Part shown: in pieces, positions 60,050 through 64,000 of the stretch | Position numbering within the stretch: position 1 is the stretch's first letter | How the letters are laid out: each line of letters starts with the position of its first letter | Source: Thermodesulfobacteriota bacterium | GTDB taxonomy: Bacteria > Desulfobacterota > Desulfobacteria > Desulfobacterales > C00003060 | Direction: 5' to 3' | Length of the DNA stretch: 64,000 bases | Assembly (NCBI GenBank): GCA_034189385.1 | Contig: JAXHVD010000008.1 | Span: 64,001 to 128,000 of the forward strand | Notes under the pieces: model-generated | Told to the model about the DNA's origin: nothing | Databases searched by the model: none | The model's input: only the letters and a program-made list of their open reading frames with translations | Program-made: the position numbers and the translations under genes

Positions 60050-60442
60050 CTATGAGACGATTCGCTTGATGCCGTTCCTTATCAGAGGAACATTGAAGTT
60101 TATGAGAAAACCAAGGCGTTTGCCGGTCAATTTCAGATGGCTCAGTACCTGTGCTTGCCACACCGGATTCATCTCGTCTACAGCTTTCAATTCGCAGATA
60201 ACCAGATCCTCCACTAAAACGTCTAGACGCAGCCCCTCGTCAAAGACGATACCGTCGTATACAATTGGAAGGGCCACTTGCCTTTCACATCTTAGGCCTC
60301 GTTTTGACAACTCATGGCAAAGGCAAACCTCGTAGACCTTTTCAAGCAAGCCGGGTCCCAGTTCCTTGTGCACCGTATAGGCTGCGTCAACGACCTGTTT
60401 TGCTATTCCTTCTTCCCGCTTAGATAAAGGGGCGAAGCCCAT
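60050..60442 (-). CDS. GxxExxY protein (PD-(D/E)XK nuclease-like)
   Basis: VHKELGPGLLEKVYE, RLDVLVE, CELKA, GFLINFN. Confidence 0.92.
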   Translation of the reverse strand: MGFAPLSKREEGIAKQVVDAAYTVHKELGPGLLEKVYEVCLCHELSKRGLRCERQVALPIVYDGIVFDEGLRLDVLVEDLVICELKAVDEMNPVWQAQVLSHLKLTGKRLGFLINFNVPLIRNGIKRIVS

Positions 60443-60450
60443 ATCTGCCT

Positions 60451-60475
60451 CTTTGTGGCTTCGTGTCTTGGTGGC
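60451..60475. repeat. Inverted arm complementary to the 59972-59997 and 60024-60047 arms
   Basis: ctttgtggcttcgtgtcttggtggc. Confidence 0.75.
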
Positions 60476-60490
60476 GATCCATATTCCAGC

Positions 60491-61606
60491 TTACTTGATG
60501 ACCTCCACCACCTGCCCTGGGCGGAGGCGCTCGTTGCCGCGGATGACCACCGAGTCTCCCACCTTAAGGGGGCCCTCAACGGCTACGTTGCCGTCGTGGT
60601 AGCCCATGACTTGGACAGTCACCGGTTGGGCCACGGTGCTGGCTATCACATAGACTAACCGATTAGCCCCAGCTGTGACAATGGCGTCTTTGGGTACCAG
60701 AAGAGCGTCCTTGGTGGTCCCCAGGCTAAAGGTCGCCTTGGCCTCCATACCGCTCTTGATTTTCAGACCCGGATTCGCCAGGATGACGCGCACTGGAAAG
60801 GTCCGGGCGTTGGCGTCTCCTTCAGGCAGGATGGCCGAAATCTTGCCCGCAAAGGGCTCGTTGGACAGGCTTGCCACCAGGACCCGAACCGGACTTTGCG
60901 GAAGCAGGTTTACTGCATAGCGTTCTGGCACGTCCACTGTGATCCGCATATGGCCCATATCAAGTAAGGTCACCACTTCCCTAGGCCCACCCATGGGCAG
61001 CCACTCGCCTATCTGGGTGTGCTCTAGGGCCACATAACCGGAAAAGGGGGCCACGACTGTCATCTTCCTGATGTCGTCCTTGAGAAGGTCGATCTCTGCC
61101 TCTGTGCGCAACAGTTCCTGCTTTAGGGACTGATCTTGATAGAGGGCTTCGTCATACTTCCTGGCTGCAATGCTGTCTGCGTCCTTGAGTTTGCCATAGC
61201 GGGCCAGCTCTTTTTCGGCAAAAAGCAAGTTGGCCCGGACTTTTTCCCTGAGGGCTTCTGCTGCCTTGAGGCGAAGTGTTAGATCCTTTGATCTGAGTCT
61301 GACAAGGACCTGTCCCTTTTCAACAAAGTCCCCTTCGCGGACTGGATATTCCTCCACAAGGCCGGATATTTCAGCAGCGACCTTGCTCCGGGCAATCGGT
61401 TCCGTGGTTCCCACTAGGCCGATCTGTTCTGAAACAGTTTCCTGAATGACGGGCGCCACCTTCACCGGCACAGGTGGGGGGCCTTGAGGTCCCTTTTCCT
61501 TGTCTTCTCCATGGGAAATGCTCACCGCCAGCAGAAGGTAGAGCCATGCGACCCCAACTGCCGAAATAATCGCTTTCCCAGAGTATAGTCGCTCCATTCT
61601 TCTCAT
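60491..61606 (-). CDS. RND efflux periplasmic adaptor (MFP)
   Basis: EGDFVEKGQVL, APFSG, VPKDAI, GNERL; start estimated. Confidence 0.92.
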   Translation of the reverse strand: MRRMERLYSGKAIISAVGVAWLYLLLAVSISHGEDKEKGPQGPPPVPVKVAPVIQETVSEQIGLVGTTEPIARSKVAAEISGLVEEYPVREGDFVEKGQVLVRLRSKDLTLRLKAAEALREKVRANLLFAEKELARYGKLKDADSIAARKYDEALYQDQSLKQELLRTEAEIDLLKDDIRKMTVVAPFSGYVALEHTQIGEWLPMGGPREVVTLLDMGHMRITVDVPERYAVNLLPQSPVRVLVASLSNEPFAGKISAILPEGDANARTFPVRVILANPGLKIKSGMEAKATFSLGTTKDALLVPKDAIVTAGANRLVYVIASTVAQPVTVQVMGYHDGNVAVEGPLKVGDSVVIRGNERLRPGQVVEVIK

Positions 61607-61891
61607 CCTCTGTTCATTGTCGCTTCGTAACAAGTCGTCATGCCAGCACAAACCAGGTTTTGGAAGAACTCCTATTCTCTAAAACCACAAAGGCAATGCC
61701 CTCACCCTGAAGGCTGGGCAGAGTTTGCCGGACTGACGTGAAATACCTGTTGGATCTTCTGCGAAACCACGGTACGTGTACAAGAAAAATGCGAATCCTT
61801 GCAGATTCTCATGACCGAAGGCGCTCCGTCACCCTTGGGACCAAAGACACACCTATTTGGGCCCAGCGACCGAAAAGCAGCTGGGTTGTCC

Positions 61892-63055
61892 TTAGCGAAG
61901 TGTCCCCACGTAGCGGTCTTTTAGCAGGTGATTGGCTATAACGATTCGCTGAATCTCTGAAGTGCCTTCATAAATCGTAAATACCCGAGCATCTCTGTAA
62001 AAACGCTCCACAGGATATTCCTTAATATAACCATATCCCCCATGAATTTGCAAGGCACTGGCTGTAACGCGGTTGACCATCTCCGATGCAAAAAGCTTGG
62101 CCATGGAGGCCTCCATCGTGTGTTTTTCACCCCGATCTTTCTTTGCAGCAGCGAAGAACGCAAGTTGCCGAGCGGCTTCCAAATCCGTAGCCATATCGGC
62201 CAGCATCCATCGAAGGCCTTGGAATTTTGCAATCGGTTGCCCAAACTGTTCCCGCTCCCTGGCATAGGAAACGGCTGCATCCAGGGCAGCCTGCGCCACC
62301 CCTATGGACTGGGCAGCGATGCCTATGCGGCCGCCGTCCAGGGCCGTCATGGCAATCTTAAAGCCGTCTCCTTCTTGCCCCAGGAGATTATCGGCGGGGA
62401 TCGGACAGTCTTCAAAGACAAGATCGGTGGTGTCAGAGGCGCAAAGCCCCATCTTGTTCTCAGTTCTTCCGGCTGAAAACCCTGGCCTGTCCCCTTCTAC
62501 AATAAATGCACTGATCCCCTTATGGCGCTTTGTCTCGTCGGTCTTGGCCGTGATGACCGTTATGCCCGCATTTCTTCCTGAGGTGATGAACCGTTTGGAA
62601 CCGTTCACGATGTAGTGGTCGCCATGACGTTCAGCCCGCGTCGACTGACTCAAAGGGTCTGACCCTGCATGGGGTTCGGTCAAGGCAAAGGCCCCTATGA
62701 CGTGACCTGCGGCCAAGGGCTTTAAGAAGGTTTGTTTCTGGGCCTTTGTTCCGAACCGATTAATGGTTTCGCAAACGATAGAGTTATGCACGGACATCAC
62801 CACGGCTGTGGATGCGCATGCGTACGCTACCTCCTGAAGGGCCAGGACATAGCTCACGGTATCGGCACCAGCCCCGTTGAATTCAGGCGGCACCATCATT
62901 CCCATGAGGCCCAATGCTCCCATCTTCTGAAGATTCTCAGCCGGAAACTCCTTGGTCTGGTCCCGTTCCATGGCTGTGGGCAGAAGGACCTTTCGGGCAA
63001 AATCCCTGACCATAGTTTGAATCATCACTTGTTCGTCATTGAGTTGGAAAGACAT
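61892..63055 (-). CDS. Acyl-CoA dehydrogenase (short/branched-chain type)
   Basis: FALTEPHAGSD, GSKRFIT, GRIGIA, QIHGGYGY, IYEGTSEIQR. Confidence 0.95.
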   Translation of the reverse strand: MSFQLNDEQVMIQTMVRDFARKVLLPTAMERDQTKEFPAENLQKMGALGLMGMMVPPEFNGAGADTVSYVLALQEVAYACASTAVVMSVHNSIVCETINRFGTKAQKQTFLKPLAAGHVIGAFALTEPHAGSDPLSQSTRAERHGDHYIVNGSKRFITSGRNAGITVITAKTDETKRHKGISAFIVEGDRPGFSAGRTENKMGLCASDTTDLVFEDCPIPADNLLGQEGDGFKIAMTALDGGRIGIAAQSIGVAQAALDAAVSYAREREQFGQPIAKFQGLRWMLADMATDLEAARQLAFFAAAKKDRGEKHTMEASMAKLFASEMVNRVTASALQIHGGYGYIKEYPVERFYRDARVFTIYEGTSEIQRIVIANHLLKDRYVGTLR

Positions 63056-63079
63056 AATCTGCTCCCAGCAAGTGAGTGA

Positions 63080-63149
63080 TAAAGTGAACTAGAGTGAACG
63101 GAAGTGAGCTCATGGGCCTAAAATTAGTTAACAACTCTCGTTCACTTTA
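63080..63149. repeat. 10-nt-periodic repeat with inverted partner
   Basis: aaagtgaact/agagtgaacg/gaagtgagct; taaagtgaactagagt pairs with actctcgttcacttta (15 of 16). Confidence 0.6.
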
Positions 63150-63171
63150 GACAATAGTGCCCTTTAGGCAC

Positions 63172-63720
63172 TTAAGGAGTATAAATGACGACCAAGAGCT
63201 CTGCCTTCTTGTCGCCGATATTTGTGATTTTGTGCCTTATCCCCGAGTCAAAATGGATAGAATCACCTTTCTTGAGTTTGTTTACCTGATCACCAACGGT
63301 TACCTCAATGGCGCCTGTCAGGAGATAGATGAACTCTTCTCCTTCGTGCTGGTAGCCTACGCCCTTGTGATCCCTGTGGGGCGCCACGGCAACGCGAAAG
63401 GCCTTTAAGTGCTTGTTCTCCGCACCTGGTGTCAAGGTCGTGTAAGCATAGTTCTCTGTGCGCTTCTTGTATGCCTTGACACGGCTTGCGGCTGTTGCCT
63501 CCTGTTCTTTCAGCAAAAGCCCTGAGTCGATCCCCAGAGCGCGAGATATCTGTAACAAGGTGCCGACAGGGGGCATGGATTTTCCCGATTCGATCTCCTT
63601 TAGGTAGTCCACACTGCACCCCGTATGATTGGCCACATGACTCAAGCTGAATTTCTTTGCCTGCCTGGCCTTCTTGATCCTCTCCCCCAGGGGTAGAAAA
63701 TCGGATTTCTTCTTAGGCAT
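63172..63720 (-). CDS. XRE-family HTH regulator with cupin domain
   Basis: LGERIKKAR HTH; HEGEEF, GDSIHF--H. Confidence 0.9.
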   Translation of the reverse strand: MPKKKSDFLPLGERIKKARQAKKFSLSHVANHTGCSVDYLKEIESGKSMPPVGTLLQISRALGIDSGLLLKEQEATAASRVKAYKKRTENYAYTTLTPGAENKHLKAFRVAVAPHRDHKGVGYQHEGEEFIYLLTGAIEVTVGDQVNKLKKGDSIHFDSGIRHKITNIGDKKAELLVVIYTP

Positions 63721-64000
63721 GGGAGCTCTCCTTGGGTTTCTTCATCCTTTCTGCCATGATCTGCTCGCACAAGGTGAAAGGGTCCGTCCTTTTTTCTGCA
63801 ATGTCGTCAAGCATTTTCTCGAATGTTTCAGAGGCCTCCAGGTCTTCCATGATTTCGGTTACGACGCTCTCCTTTATGGTGTCTACGAGTTCCCTCAAGG
63901 CCCTTTTTCTCATGCGCCCCTTGAGGTGTTTTCGGTCTTGGGCAAATAGAAAGGCCCTGTGGGCCTCTATGTGGGAAAGCAGCTCCTCTACGCCCCGGTT
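63713..64000 (-). CDS. meaB: C-terminal part of a probable MeaB/ArgK GTPase (mutase chaperone)
   Basis: Frame open to the window edge: GVEELLSHIEAHR...DIAEKRTDPFTL, resembling the MeaB C-terminal helices; acyl-CoA gene context. The GTPase motifs are outside the window. Confidence 0.6.
   Translation of the reverse strand, partial: NRGVEELLSHIEAHRAFLFAQDRKHLKGRMRKRALRELVDTIKESVVTEIMEDLEASETFEKMLDDIAEKRTDPFTLCEQIMAERMKKPKESSHA

Noticed and set aside
61690..61730. GGCAAAC hairpin upstream of the RND adaptor as a c-di-GMP-I riboswitch
   Set aside because: It lacks the GNRA loop, GCAAA junction and second stem.
1..64000. CRISPR array, tRNA/rRNA, integrase or transposase genes
   Set aside because: No regularly spaced repeat-spacer units, cloverleaf or rRNA-like segments, or recombinase motifs were seen by eye.

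Overview
Gene-dense 64 kb chromosomal segment that most likely comes from an anaerobic Desulfobacterota (deltaproteobacterial) genome. This is inferred from gene content: tungsten AOR, archaeal-type aroA'/aroB', cobA-hemD fusion, selA and a PocR kinase. About 50 CDS are present, mostly housekeeping or metabolic: acs, aor with moaD/thiF, exbBD-tonB, nadK, fabH, pncAB, prfC, hemC, gmhA, selA, glgX, an RND pump and acyl-CoA metabolism genes. I saw no rRNA, tRNA, CRISPR array, transposase or phage genes. The most unusual items are: (1) a single-chain EutB-EutC (B12 ethanolamine ammonia-lyase-like) protein with a Sec-type signal peptide and altered cofactor motifs; (2) a radical SAM + ArsM-like methyltransferase + Cys-rich DUF5714 fusion in a methyltransferase/Fe-S-rich region; (3) a signal-peptide ModA-like + double methyltransferase fusion; (4) a GxxExxY gene bracketed by 9-nt-periodic inverted repeats inside an RND operon; (5) a structured, terminator-ended leader upstream of a cation/H+ antiporter; (6) several families of small non-autonomous repeat elements. 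Family calls come from motif recognition by eye, not from database searches.
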